64,000 nt of DNA, taken from an uncultured Rhodopirellula sp. (GTDB lineage Bacteria > Planctomycetota > Planctomycetia > Pirellulales > Pirellulaceae). A program made the translations under genes and the position numbers. Shown piece by piece: positions 51,128-63,300 of the stretch. Location of the stretch: assembly GCA_964007735.1 (NCBI GenBank), contig CAXGAI010000003.1, positions 1 to 64,000 on the forward strand, given 5' to 3'. The notes beneath the pieces are model-generated. The model was given only the letters and a program-made list of their open reading frames with translations, ran no database searches and had not been told where the DNA came from. Positions within the stretch are counted from its first letter, which is position 1, and every line of letters begins with the position of its first letter.

Positions 51128-52618
51128 TTACTCAACCGTATGATGTTTCAAATATGCCGTAGACATTTCTTTGCGAATACGCAGCATTAAATCAGGCGTT
51201 GTCAGATTGAAATGATCTCGATCTGGATGCAATTCGATAACGGCATCACTATCCAAATCCCGCATGGTCTTTTTCAGGAACTCACAAGCACCTTCCAGGT
51301 AAAACGTATCCACGGTTCCCATAAAGACATTAATCTTTCCCGCCAGTTTCTCACGAAGACCGGTAGCCCAACGCCGTTCAATTAATTTATTAATATCATA
51401 TTCGATCCAGTATTTCACCGTGGATGGAATCACCTCACCTTCCTCTCGCATCCACATGAGAAGCGGTCTTCCTTGTCGGTCCAACGGACTGAAAACTGCC
51501 TCAAACGACTTGAGTTGACCGCCCCGACCCAGCCCATCATCCATTCGCCCAAAGTCTTCGTACCAGATCATAACCTGACCATTACGTCTAGCTAACGGAC
51601 GCCTCTCACCTTCCGGAGTGATATACAAACTCAAAGGATTTTCAGCATATAGATCTACTTCCTGATAATCTCGAAAATCCACCGGATCCGGAGCCGTACT
51701 CCAGACGCCCCCCAAAACATCCGGGTAATTCACCTGTAGCCACAAACTGCTCCAGCCACCACTACTATGCCCAGTAACAAATCGAGCGGTTGAGGCCGAA
51801 ACGGTGCGATAGCGTCGATCAACTTCTGGTATCAACTCTTTAATCAGTGCAGCACCACGAGGACCATTCTTGGCACTATCGGCATACACATGATGTCCCC
51901 ACTTACACTGCCCATCAAGAAAGACTCGAATAAATTCGACTTCTCCTTCGCCAGCTTCAGGTCCCCCCTGAGACATACTTCGCCCCATCGTCTCATGTGT
52001 CCCCCCAAAACCGGAGATCGTATAAATTACGGGAAAGCGAGTATGAGTTGCTTCGTAATAAGAACGAGGTAGCACGACGGTAGCTTTCTGTACAATCTCC
52101 CGATGATAAAAAGCAGATAAGCGAGGACTATACAGGCGAACCTGCTGACGGTATTCCGTCTTCTCGAACGGAAATTCACCAATCACTTCGGTTAACTCAA
52201 ATTTCAGTCGATTCTCTCCAGTCCACTCGATCTCCTGGACTTCGCTATAGAGATTACCTGCACCCTTGGCATGATCTGAATGATAAATATCAAAATCGAA
52301 TAACGCTTGAATGAAGTATTTCCCTTGCTCCAGTGCGTTCAACGTCGCTGGAAAACCACCCGTCTTACCATCAAACTCTACTGAGCCTCCCGAGTCGACA
52401 GTCACATCGATTGCATAAAAGGGTTCTGGTGAGAACCAATTGGGACCCGTATACGGAGGACGGTTACCATTTTTTGAGGTAAACAGATACATCCGACCAG
52501 ATGTAGGACCACTTAGAGCTTTCTCAGGTATTTCAATCACAACCCGAGGCGATGCGGAGAGCCTGAGCGTAGAAAACGCAAGTGCAATACAAGACACATA
52601 CAAAAGAACTCTTCTCAC
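51128..52618 (-). CDS. Secreted putative esterase (alpha/beta hydrolase, Fes-like)
   Basis: Signal peptide, VVLPRSY, GHSSGG nucleophile elbow, STAPDPVDF, DTFYL, RDH. Confidence 0.8.
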   Translation of the reverse strand: MRRVLLYVSCIALAFSTLRLSASPRVVIEIPEKALSGPTSGRMYLFTSKNGNRPPYTGPNWFSPEPFYAIDVTVDSGGSVEFDGKTGGFPATLNALEQGKYFIQALFDFDIYHSDHAKGAGNLYSEVQEIEWTGENRLKFELTEVIGEFPFEKTEYRQQVRLYSPRLSAFYHREIVQKATVVLPRSYYEATHTRFPVIYTISGFGGTHETMGRSMSQGGPEAGEGEVEFIRVFLDGQCKWGHHVYADSAKNGPRGAALIKELIPEVDRRYRTVSASTARFVTGHSSGGWSSLWLQVNYPDVLGGVWSTAPDPVDFRDYQEVDLYAENPLSLYITPEGERRPLARRNGQVMIWYEDFGRMDDGLGRGGQLKSFEAVFSPLDRQGRPLLMWMREEGEVIPSTVKYWIEYDINKLIERRWATGLREKLAGKINVFMGTVDTFYLEGACEFLKKTMRDLDSDAVIELHPDRDHFNLTTPDLMLRIRKEMSTAYLKHHTVE

Positions 52619-52714
52619 AGGGCTGCTTCCTTCGCTACTGACAAAACATCGATGGGGTCATCTTGGTGACCTGGATGCATTCATCCTAATAGATTTGAGG
52701 TGGATCTGCCGCCC

Positions 52715-54334
52715 TTAGTCACTCACATAGATGCGTTTTGAGCCAATATATATCTGCGAGGCACCCTGTAAATAAAGCCGCACTGTCTGAAAACCCGGCT
52801 TTACATTCTTAATTTCCAGCGACTTTGAAACTAGACCGGGGCCAGCCTGATTCCAGGACGAGGACAACCACACCGCATCGTTCGCACGATGATATTCATC
52901 ATTATAGGCCTCTCCCATTTCAGGATCGAATTGCTGTCGCTTAAGAGGTACAAAACGCTGAACTCCACGTTCGGCAGCAAGCTCCAAAACCGCATCACCA
53001 GCAACTGGTGCCTTAAACGTAACAAGAAGTTGTTCTCCAAGCTTTACCGTCGGTAAACAACTTAACTTCACCCCGCTCGGGTAATTCAAATGCAGCAACG
53101 GATCGCCTAAAAGATTAAACATCAATGCATGTTCTGCCCGTTCTTCCATCAAAAGATCGGGAGCCGGACTTAAACTCCCAGCCAAACTATCCAGAAGTTG
53201 GCGATTAGCCGTTCGGTCTGCCGCTTGGGGTACTACCAGACTACGCTTTGCATTCATGACGACATTCCCTAACACTTCCTCTCGTAACCTGAAGCATTGT
53301 CGCAGCATAGCATCACCCATTACACTCATGGCATATGGCATGGAAACACGGCTCGCAGCATAGACTGCCACAGGCCCTTTATCGTGCAGGACAAGCTGCT
53401 CACCAATACAGGGCTTTAATGAATCAAATGCACCAACATAACAGGCAAGAAAGACACAAACGGGAGGTAGGCCGCTGACTGCAACCCCATCCAGCCCCTC
53501 TTGCTTCATAATAGAAACCGGCGGGGACTTAGGAATTGAGATCCGATCCAACTGATCTCGCAGTCCATGTCCCATATAGATCCAAAACAATCCCCCTTCA
53601 TTGAGTCGATCTAACGTGTGTTGAGCGAAACTAAATGGATTTGGACAGAATGGACTTTGCCAACTCGCCTGGGTCATGGTCACTCGAAATGAGCCTGGAA
53701 TTCCCTGACTGATAAACTTTCTGGTTACGGTCGACAAAACACCATCAATAGCAGGTCCAAAGCCACCAACGCCTGCCACGAAATGAATATCACGTTTACC
53801 TGCCGCATCCGGATACTCCTGTTCGTACTGAATTACTCGCTTTACATACCCCGCCAACTGCACCTGATTAGTCACTGGTATCCTGCCTACCGGGACATCG
53901 ATCAAACCGTCACCATTTAGGTCACCATACGGCAGGTCTGACGCAATTTCAGACTCAGACCCAAAGAGCACATTTACTTTTGCTTGTGAATAGAACGTCG
54001 GCACCTGTTGCGCATCACGTTCACCAAATTGTCCTTTAACAAATGTGGGCGAATCACCTAACAAAACGACCGCTTTCAGATCCTTGGAAATCGCGAACTT
54101 TTTAACCGCCTCACGAGTCCCAGCCGCCGAACTCTCCGGTCTAATCACATGAATTAGATATCCCTGGGCCCGACGGTATTCAATCCAAGGCTGCCATGCT
54201 TCCTGAAATGCTTGTGGACATACGCAAAGCACAAATCGGGCATGGCAGATATTTGGTAAAAGCACCACCAACAGCAAGAACAACAGGACTCGAAACTGAT
54301 TCGCAAGAAGCAACTGCAATGGCGTGCGAATCAT
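52715..54334 (-). CDS. Peptidase C25 (gingipain-like) family protein
   Basis: YRRAQGY, VVLLGD, SDLPYGDLNGDG..DVPVGRIP, IYMGHG (His), FLACY (Cys), FNLLGDPLL. Confidence 0.85.
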   Translation of the reverse strand: MIRTPLQLLLANQFRVLLFLLLVVLLPNICHARFVLCVCPQAFQEAWQPWIEYRRAQGYLIHVIRPESSAAGTREAVKKFAISKDLKAVVLLGDSPTFVKGQFGERDAQQVPTFYSQAKVNVLFGSESEIASDLPYGDLNGDGLIDVPVGRIPVTNQVQLAGYVKRVIQYEQEYPDAAGKRDIHFVAGVGGFGPAIDGVLSTVTRKFISQGIPGSFRVTMTQASWQSPFCPNPFSFAQHTLDRLNEGGLFWIYMGHGLRDQLDRISIPKSPPVSIMKQEGLDGVAVSGLPPVCVFLACYVGAFDSLKPCIGEQLVLHDKGPVAVYAASRVSMPYAMSVMGDAMLRQCFRLREEVLGNVVMNAKRSLVVPQAADRTANRQLLDSLAGSLSPAPDLLMEERAEHALMFNLLGDPLLHLNYPSGVKLSCLPTVKLGEQLLVTFKAPVAGDAVLELAAERGVQRFVPLKRQQFDPEMGEAYNDEYHRANDAVWLSSSWNQAGPGLVSKSLEIKNVKPGFQTVRLYLQGASQIYIGSKRIYVSD

Positions 54335-55701
54335 TGCACCAACCCCAAACCCACAATCGCTCGCCCATGGTTAGGGGCTAACCTAAGACATTCTTCGTAA
54401 GAACGTTTAGCCGCACTGCGATCACTTAAAGCACGCTGGGCCTCCGCGAGTAAGAACCAAACGTCCGCATCATCGACCAGAATTTCCGCAGCCTCACTCA
54501 ACTCAGAATTCGCTTCCCGCACTTTGTTATCCCGCCATTGCAAACGACCGCTTTCGTACTTGTGATAACCGCGATACTGTTCAGCTTTTAACAAATCACC
54601 TTGAGAGGCATATAACTCGGACAACTTCCGACAACATTCTGCATTGGCCTGCACAGTCTTACTTGCCCGCACGACCCGTCCCCGCAGCCATGCAGCTTCA
54701 GCTTGAACTTCAGATCCTTTTGCTAAATAGCAGTCACCGACCAACTCCCACAGATAGGCGGATTCGCCGTCATGTATCAACCAACGTTTCAAATAGAACA
54801 AGGCTGCATCGGGATCGCCACTTTTCAAAAAAGAAAGGGTTGCCTGAATAGCATAGGCCGGTCGCCACAAAGGTTCTAACAACTTGAATGCGTCCATTGC
54901 TTGTCGAGTGGCCGTCTCGGTATCCCCTTCTTCCAGAGCAACGGTACTCGCGGTTAATGCAACAGAAGCCCCCATGCCATTCACATTCTCCTCATCCCAG
55001 TCCCGTGAAATCGGATGAATCGTGATCATTTCTGAGGTATGCATCGAACGATCAAAACAACTCCGGGCTTCCTGCTCATTGCCAAGCTTTTCATAAGCCC
55101 AACCTTGCATCTGATGAGCACGCATTGAATTTGGACTACGCGCAATCAAACGATCGAGAATTACGACCGCTTCCTGTGCTCGGTCATCCCGAATAAGAAT
55201 TCTTGACAAAGCAAAGTCTGCAATCTCATCATTCTGCGTTCTCCGCAGAAAGACCTCCGCATTGACTCTGTCATCCAACCGCAAATAATCTAAACCAATT
55301 TGCAGATTAGCATGCGAGGCCAATTCATCTTGCGACGCGCCAACGGGCTTAAGAACCTTGATGGCGGTCTCAATTTTCCCCCGTCGACTAAGACAGATGC
55401 CAAATTTAAATTGCTGAGTGAGATCCAAATCACCCACGTCCAATGCCCGGCGAAAACAGTATTCTGCTTCCGGCATCAAAGCAAATGTTGTATAGATCTC
55501 TCCCAAACCGATCCAGGACTCGACACTGTTTACATCATGATTCGCTTCGATTTCACGCACCGCATCACGAAAACCATTTTCCAGTTTATGGACACGCGAG
55601 GTAACGGGCCCTTTAAAACCGCCGTTACTCTGATACCGCATTGCAATCAGGCCGAGTTGGCCCAAAACAACAACCAACAAGATAAGATGCCGCTTTCTCA
55701 T
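54331..55701 (-). CDS. Tetratricopeptide repeat protein with N-terminal anchor
   Basis: N-terminal hydrophobic segment; multiple TPR-like motifs (EAEYCFRRAL, EARSCFDRS, AAKRSYEECLRLAPNH). ATGA overlaps with both neighbours. Confidence 0.82.
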   Translation of the reverse strand: MRKRHLILLVVVLGQLGLIAMRYQSNGGFKGPVTSRVHKLENGFRDAVREIEANHDVNSVESWIGLGEIYTTFALMPEAEYCFRRALDVGDLDLTQQFKFGICLSRRGKIETAIKVLKPVGASQDELASHANLQIGLDYLRLDDRVNAEVFLRRTQNDEIADFALSRILIRDDRAQEAVVILDRLIARSPNSMRAHQMQGWAYEKLGNEQEARSCFDRSMHTSEMITIHPISRDWDEENVNGMGASVALTASTVALEEGDTETATRQAMDAFKLLEPLWRPAYAIQATLSFLKSGDPDAALFYLKRWLIHDGESAYLWELVGDCYLAKGSEVQAEAAWLRGRVVRASKTVQANAECCRKLSELYASQGDLLKAEQYRGYHKYESGRLQWRDNKVREANSELSEAAEILVDDADVWFLLAEAQRALSDRSAAKRSYEECLRLAPNHGRAIVGLGLVQ

Positions 55702-57227
55702 TCCAATTTCTCCTTGAACCAAATCCGAATGGGATGATCCGGCACGACGCTCAAAGGGATCCTAAACTGCCCGGCTACGATATCATCAACGCCATCTCCG
55801 TTGATATCCCCACAATCGACTGTGATTAATTCGACCGGCTGTCTGGCAATCAAATGTTGCTTTTCAAATAATCCTTTGTCATTCTCAACCCAAATCACAC
55901 TGGGATTCTGCGGATTTGCGTAATCGTTAGACATGCTGATTAAAACGACGTCCAAATCACCATCATTGTCCACATCAGACGGAGCGGCGGCATAAGTTCC
56001 GCCAAGCTTTCCAATCAACTCCGCCTCAAAGGTCCAATCGCCTCTATTTCGAAGCCAAATACAGCCATGGTAAGGCATCGGCCACCCGTGCCCGAATTCA
56101 AGATTGTCGCCCTGACTCATCAGAAAATCCATATAACCATCCTGATCAAGGTCGGCTTTGATTAGACCGCCCCCCCCAACATCATAATTATCGGTTTGAT
56201 AGAGAATTCGCCGACTAAAGTTGCCCTGACCATCATTTTCCAAAGCCCAAACTTCTTCTTCATCCTGAGTGACAATTACTCCAATATCCTCATCCCCATC
56301 TTTGTCATAATCATGAACCGGTACGTGGATCACGCCAGGCCGGTCAAGAAGTGAAGAATCACGAAACTTCAAATCTCCTAGATTCTCTAACAAACGGACG
56401 CCACCACGTGCATAACCAAAAACAGCGACCGCTAAATCAGTATCACCATCCTTGTCAAAGTCACCTGGCTGAACATCTGCTACTCGCCGCACGTCCTTCA
56501 GCAACACATGGCGTTCATAACGATCCCCCGTTTTGCGGAAGAGTATCACTTGCCCCACCAGCTCATCTGATGGCATGATGTTACCTAATACAGAGACAAT
56601 GATATCCAACTGGTCGTCGCCATCAAAATCAACAACCGTGGCACGCGCCGGAGCAACCATTGAGTCACCGATAAGTATTTCTTTCCACTGATACTCAAAA
56701 CCATTACTCTCTGACAACTTCTGAATCTCAGCCTGTATTTCTTCAGGAGTACTGTCTTCGGAAAGATTTGGTTCAAACACTTTTCTTCCCTGATAGCTAT
56801 AAGCGATGACGGTATTCTGAGAGGCATTACAGACAAGCACTTCATTCTTTCCATCCCCATCCACGTCGACGACCTGTACATTGGTAATTCTCACTTCATG
56901 GGCATCATCCATATCCTCCAATTCACCATTCTCGGCGCCAATCAGTACCTGCAGATGCTCCGGAATATATTTTTGCTGCTGGAGATCTGTCGGGGTCCAA
57001 GAATGGGCCGGATGAGGGCTTAATACTCGTATCTCGGAAGTCAAGGATGGAGAAATCCCCATCAATCCCCAAACAACACTCAAAATACCAATCAAGCAAA
57101 CGAGCAGCACCGTTTTACGATCCGGACGATGCATCTTTCCTACATCATCAAAAGCTGTGAGATTAGCAACTTCCTCAGCTGGGACATCGCTGTTTTCATT
57201 ATCTATTCGAGAGTCACTCATGCTCAT
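55698..57227 (-). CDS. FG-GAP/VCBS repeat protein with N-terminal TM anchor
   Basis: About seven DxDxDG Ca-binding loops: DVDGDG, DFDGDD, DFDKDGD, DYDKDGD, DLDQDG, DVDNDGD, DINGDG. Confidence 0.88.
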   Translation of the reverse strand: MSMSDSRIDNENSDVPAEEVANLTAFDDVGKMHRPDRKTVLLVCLIGILSVVWGLMGISPSLTSEIRVLSPHPAHSWTPTDLQQQKYIPEHLQVLIGAENGELEDMDDAHEVRITNVQVVDVDGDGKNEVLVCNASQNTVIAYSYQGRKVFEPNLSEDSTPEEIQAEIQKLSESNGFEYQWKEILIGDSMVAPARATVVDFDGDDQLDIIVSVLGNIMPSDELVGQVILFRKTGDRYERHVLLKDVRRVADVQPGDFDKDGDTDLAVAVFGYARGGVRLLENLGDLKFRDSSLLDRPGVIHVPVHDYDKDGDEDIGVIVTQDEEEVWALENDGQGNFSRRILYQTDNYDVGGGGLIKADLDQDGYMDFLMSQGDNLEFGHGWPMPYHGCIWLRNRGDWTFEAELIGKLGGTYAAAPSDVDNDGDLDVVLISMSNDYANPQNPSVIWVENDKGLFEKQHLIARQPVELITVDCGDINGDGVDDIVAGQFRIPLSVVPDHPIRIWFKEKLE

Positions 57228-57333
57228 TCCATCGGGGAGAAACCACCATTGCCCTACAGGATAATGCAATCTCTTTAATACATAAAGATAGAATCATGTG
57301 TAAGCAAATGACTTTGAATTAAACGGACTCGGG

Positions 57334-60300
57334 TTACGCAGTACGTAGCGTCTTCGATGTAAATTTTTTCTTTAGCAGCCAAGTGACCGAAGCGACCAGA
57401 ATCGCCAGACCAAGAACCGGGAACACCCATCGCAAAATCATAAACAAACTGATCGGAAGGAAACAAACTGCTAAGAATCCAACCAACCATTTACTCCTTG
57501 ATCCTACCTTGATGATTAATCCACCTACCATCAATGTCAGGATCGTTCCAATCACCACTCCTACTCGAATAAGCGTTTCGATCAATGAATAGCCAACGTA
57601 CTTTGCCGAGAAGGTAAACTCACTGGCCGCTGAAATATACTCAATTTCAAACTGCTCATACTCGTCATTCAGACTGGTTTCATCAAACACGAAGCCCGCA
57701 ACACTGGCAAATCCCGTTGAGTCGGCAACCAACATTTCCCCTCGCTGCTCACTACTAGCATAGGGTTGCAATCGATCATTTACGTCGGCATCCATGCTAT
57801 TCTCGGTATTACCATTGGCTCCGAAACCACCCATGGCGCCACCCCCGCCCATGCCACCGCTAGAGGGTTTTTCCTGCTCGCTGGATTCTATCTTCTCATC
57901 CACACTGGCATTTCTTTGGCTATCAAAATTGTCGCTCAACGGTTTGCGATTCTCCAAGGACTCCTTTTGTTGCATTTGATACTGACGTAATTGCTGTTGG
58001 AGTCGCTCTTGCCCCGACTCCACGGAATCTCTCTGTTTTCCACCGTATGGCTGTGGTAGCGTGGCTTTGCTCTCGGGAGTCTGTTTCCCCGGAGCCTGAA
58101 AATTTTGCGTGTTCCCTTTGTAAAGACGATTTGCGTCAAGTTTATCGGCTTCGCTGCTCGGTTCACGAATCAGGCCATTTCCTTCGAACCAACCTTTTCT
58201 AAACTGAGATTCGGCAGCATTCAATTCGTCTTCTTTCGTCGCATTATCAACAGGAACATCAAAGTTATTACCTAGCTGATTCACGGCATTGTTACTGATA
58301 TCATTCGTCTGTTCGAGAAATCGCTGGTTAAGTTGTTTTCGGTTGTCAAACAACAACTCAGCTTCCTTACTGGCATCTTGGCCCTGAACAACCAATTGAT
58401 CAATCTGCTTGTTCAACTCCTCGATCTGTTGTCCGTTACGCGTTTGCACATCACCCTGAGTTGCATAATTATTAACATCTGTCTCAGTGTTCAAACTATT
58501 GAACAAACGGATCTTTTCATACGGATTTGAGGACTGGTTAGCTCGACGTAGTTTTTCGTCAATCTCCTGATTAATAACTAAGCTTTGCTTGAATTTAAGA
58601 ACTGAGCCAATCCTCTGATCTGTCCTGGCAATCAACTCACCTTCCCCACCGAAACCAAACCAACGACGATCTTTGGGGAGGTATAGTTTCACAAACGTAC
58701 TACCGTCAGCTACGATATTCATGTCCTTAATAATCGGCAATGACGCCAATTCACCAAACTGCGTCAACTCTTTTCCCAAGTCACCTGCATAATGCACTTG
58801 TACCAAATAGGACAGTTCACCATCTTCTGTTTTGACTAAGGGGATTTTCAAATCCTGCTTTGCCTTACCTTTAATTGGTTTCACAGGATCTCCGGCAGCC
58901 GAAACTGCCCATAAACGAGCTCCCGATGGTAGTCTTATCTCCAGAAACTGTTCCGTCTGGTTGTCAATTAGTAACTCAAGCTTCGCGCGGTAGGTACCTG
59001 CATAATCCACTGCCAAATATGTTGTCGACAAACGAATTTTTGCCGCATCGCGATTGACCACCTGATTACTTTTGACCGAGTAGCGTATCTCAGCAAATGC
59101 TGGATTCTGCGTGGTAACAAGAAAGGCTTCACGAATCCGATTTCCCAAGACTGCTGTTAAGTCTCGCCACGGGGCAGACTGGCGGTTTAGTTTTTCAAGA
59201 CCCCGCAAAGTATCCGGATCCTCACTAATTTGATCCCCGGAACTCTCCAAGGACACAAACTGCGCCAGGACCGCCACGTTGTCACCTAGAATAATCGGAA
59301 CTGGAGCCCGGGCATCGCCACCAGCCTGTCGGTCCATTTGCACTAAAACTCGGTATTCATTAAGAACTTCATCTTCCAGCAGTAGTTTCACCGTGACATA
59401 CTCGGAATCCTCTGCTTCATCTTCCCAGACAACTCGCTGCAGGTACTGAGCTGAAATCACGGACCGGCCCTTCATGTACTTCGGTAAACGGAAGCTAAAG
59501 TCACGTTGTCCTGCATTGGAAACCTTATATTCCAGAAGAATCGTTTCTTCTACGGCTCGATCGGTGACATGCACATTGGTGAATGTCCGACAATTCACAC
59601 TCGCATTACGTGGTACCAGCTGAAATTTCGCTGAGTAGTCTGGACCGACAAACTTAAGAGCCGTCCGTGCCAAAAGACGCTGATTTGATTTAAGCCAGCC
59701 AAACATAGACGCCATGGCAACGGATTCACCCTGCCGGACATCTAGCAATTCAATATCAAAGGACGGATCCGATGATAACACGGTTTCACCATTCTGTGAT
59801 TGCACGCCACGGACAGCCAGATAGGGAACTGAGGTCGTCCAATTTTCCAATTTGCGATCCAGCTTACCTTCCAAAATGACATTAAAACCTTTTTTCAGTC
59901 CCTGTCCTAAAAGAACGGTAACCAACTTAGCCTCACCGATAACCGATTCATATCTATCTTCTGCCCATTCAACCAATCCGGGAGCGGTGAGTTGTCGAAT
60001 GACGAGATCTTTTGGCACAACTAGCTGGACCTGATGAATCGGACGACTACCATCGGAAATGCGAATCATCGATTCCAAAGTGATCTCCTGAGGAGAAACG
60101 CGTACCAATGTCTTCAAATTGGCTGACGATCTTGATTTTGTCTCCATCGCCCCAAGCGTCAGTCCATAGGTACCGCCGGTAAACTGATAGGCGAATAAGG
60201 GTCGTATTCCAAGAGGGCTCTCACGTGAAATCACTTGAACGTTATTTGTATTAGCTGGCTCAGAATTCACGCGATTCAACCCTGGGAATTCATTAACATC

Positions 60301-63300
60301 CAGCCGTGACAGCCCCTGAACCTCATCAATGGTGATATCGAGCATGGGACTACGACGGACAAGAATCGCTCCTTTTTGGGACACGGCATCCGGCACCGAT
60401 ACGAGGGGAACTTCAAACTGGTCTATCTCGTCCGCCGGCAGAGCTCTATATCGCACAAGACTTACTCGAAGCTGGGCTACATTTTGAGCCGGCTCAAGCA
60501 TTTCAACACTGATATCCTGATTACCCGCCGCACCGTTGACAACTTCCCAACTGCGGATATTTGCCCCCTTAACGGATTCCACTCTGATGCCTTTAGGAAC
60601 TCGCAGGCGGAACAAATCTCGAGAACTGTTTCTGAAATTCAAATTCACAAACCAATCCGCATAAACCCCATCTTCCTGAACATCCACAATTAACTCAGAC
60701 TGACTTGTTAAATCCCGATCGGTCAGACTTTCCTGAATAACCGGTCGCCAACGAAAATCAAAGCTTCCATTAACACGCAGCGAAGATTCGACACCTTCGT
60801 TAGGCTTGCTGGTACGGTATTCACTTCGACCAAGATGGTTGTTCCACCGCAATTCCGTGTTCGTCTCCGGAACCGTAAGTTTCATTAATCCACTGGCACC
60901 TATGGGAAGCCTGCCACTGGCAACTCGCCATCCGCCCTGACGGGCAACCGGCATTCGCAGCCCTATTCTGAGCATGTGGTGTCCTTTACCGGAAACAAAC
61001 AATTGATGTGTCATGGCCGCAGGGGGGACAGCCGGGAGTTGCTGTTGCGCCGGAACATTAGGAGCCAACCGATCGCCTGCTCCAACCTTCATTTGAGCCG
61101 GTTGATCATCAAGCGTAGCGTATTCGATTACAAGATCACCTAGGGACAAACCGATAGCCTGTGGGCGATCACTGAAAATATCAATTCCAACTCTTCCCTC
61201 AATCAGCAAACTATTATCTTCATACAACGATGTCGCGTATTCAACGCCACCCAGTGCGTACTTTACTGGCAGATATTCATGTTCCAGCGGAAGTCCGGGA
61301 TAAGCTCGCTTAAATAGCTCGGTATAACGTTGTAATGGTATCAACAACTGCTGATCATCGCTTTTTTGCAGGGGCAGGTTGTCTGGGTCATAGGGCACCA
61401 CGACAGCATCTTTTGGCACCTCGACCGAAACCACACCGTCAACCTGTTGTGCCGTAGCAGTGTCCGCTGTCGCTATTATAAAAGGCAATAACACGCCTAC
61501 TCCAAGCTTCCTACAAACCGAGGTGCAAAACCAACCGAGCCCCGGGTGCAGCATACGATAGATCATATATCCGATAACTAACAGAATTGCTGACGCAAAC
61601 ATCATCTCAGCAACACCGCGGTACGACTCCAGTTGTGGTATCCCCGAAATCACAGCTGAGAAAAGAAGAATAAATACCAGAAACCGTCGCTTAATCTTCG
61701 TTTCCTTGTGTCCGATCAGGACTCCGATCGCCAGTACCAGCAACCCAACTACCCAACTCAGAACCACTCCCGCACTTTTACGTACTACCCTTCCTTCGAC
61801 CGCTGCCTGCCCTCCTAGATTCCCGAACTCATAGAGTAGGTAATCAGAAGACATTCGAAACGATCGACTATTTTCAACCCTCGCTAACAAGTCAATATCC
61901 AGACTATTTCGCCCTTCCAATGCCCATTGCAAACCGGAGTCACGTTGGCCACGCCTCTGCCCTTCTTCGATCTCGCCGGCAGATTCGTCGTTCCCAGCTT
62001 CCTGAACTGATGGATTCGTCTTACCATCCTCGAAATCCATTTCACCAGCGCGAGATTCCGAAGGAGAATCTGCCTCCGCCCCGGCCAACACGCCACTAGC
62101 TGCTGCTTCAGCCTGTGCTCTACTTTCCGACAATTCCGATAATTCTTTTTTCTTCATAGCCATCTCTGGAGCTGTAGCTTTCGGCATGGCCTCAGATGGT
62201 TCTAGGCTTTCCGGGACAACGGCTTCATCGTCGGAAAACGGGCGATCAGCAAAATCCATATCACTTTCGTTAAACACCGAGTCATCAGTCGGCAGCGGTG
62301 GATGATCTGGAAAGATTGCTCCCTCCTCCATTCCCATTGAATCTGCCATTTGATAATCAGCCGAATCACTAAGCTCTATAGGCGGTAGCCCACCCGTCGC
62401 CAAATAGAGTACGCCACTAAGATAGACCGCCTGAGGCACTTCCTGCACCGGTGTATTTGTAAGTTTCATCACATCGGTATTACGCATATTCAGACGGTAA
62501 CTTGCTGGTAACATCATTTGCCACTTCACACGAGCCGGTTCAACCAATGGAGCATTCGAAGAATCCACATTTCGCCCGTGCTCAAGCAACTGAGGTGCCT
62601 TCAATCGGAAATCACCTGACGGCTCTTGCTGTTCTTCATAAATAATCCTGAGATCGCGAATATTGTTGCCGTCTGTCCCCGCCGTAGACAGATCCACCAG
62701 AAAGTCACCACGCGTTGTTTCATCTAAGACTTGAGGCTTGACCGTAACATTTCCATCCACGACAACCCCCCAAAGCACTGCATTTTCGTGAGGCAACACA
62801 ACTCTCACATAATCGGCTTTGGTTAAAAGAGAATATTTCGCAACCGTTTGGTAAATACCTCGTGCAGCTACATAAGTGAGCATTTCTGCCTTATTAATCA
62901 AAACCGCCGGAATAGGACGTAAATCGGGATAACGGATCGAAACATCAAGCGTCGGGGAATCTCCCGTGTATCGGTATGCCGCAACGCGATGCTTGCCGAC
63001 AACGTATCCATTTACCGCGAGCTCTCCAACATCGACCTGTTTACCGTTGGTCTCACTGACATTAACTTCCAGTTCCGGAGATGCCTCCACCGAAAACACG
63101 CCGGACTGGTAACCCGAACCTAACACTTTGGGAAATGCGGGATTCAGTCTGGCTTCTCTTTCGTCAACCTGCTGTTGATACTCGACGCCTAAGGTAACTT
63201 CACTAAATGCTTGCGTGCTTAGCAGAACTTTCCAGAAACGTTGTTCTCCCTGAACCTGTGAATTAAATTGCTTAACCTGAGTACCGGCTTGGCCTGTTAT

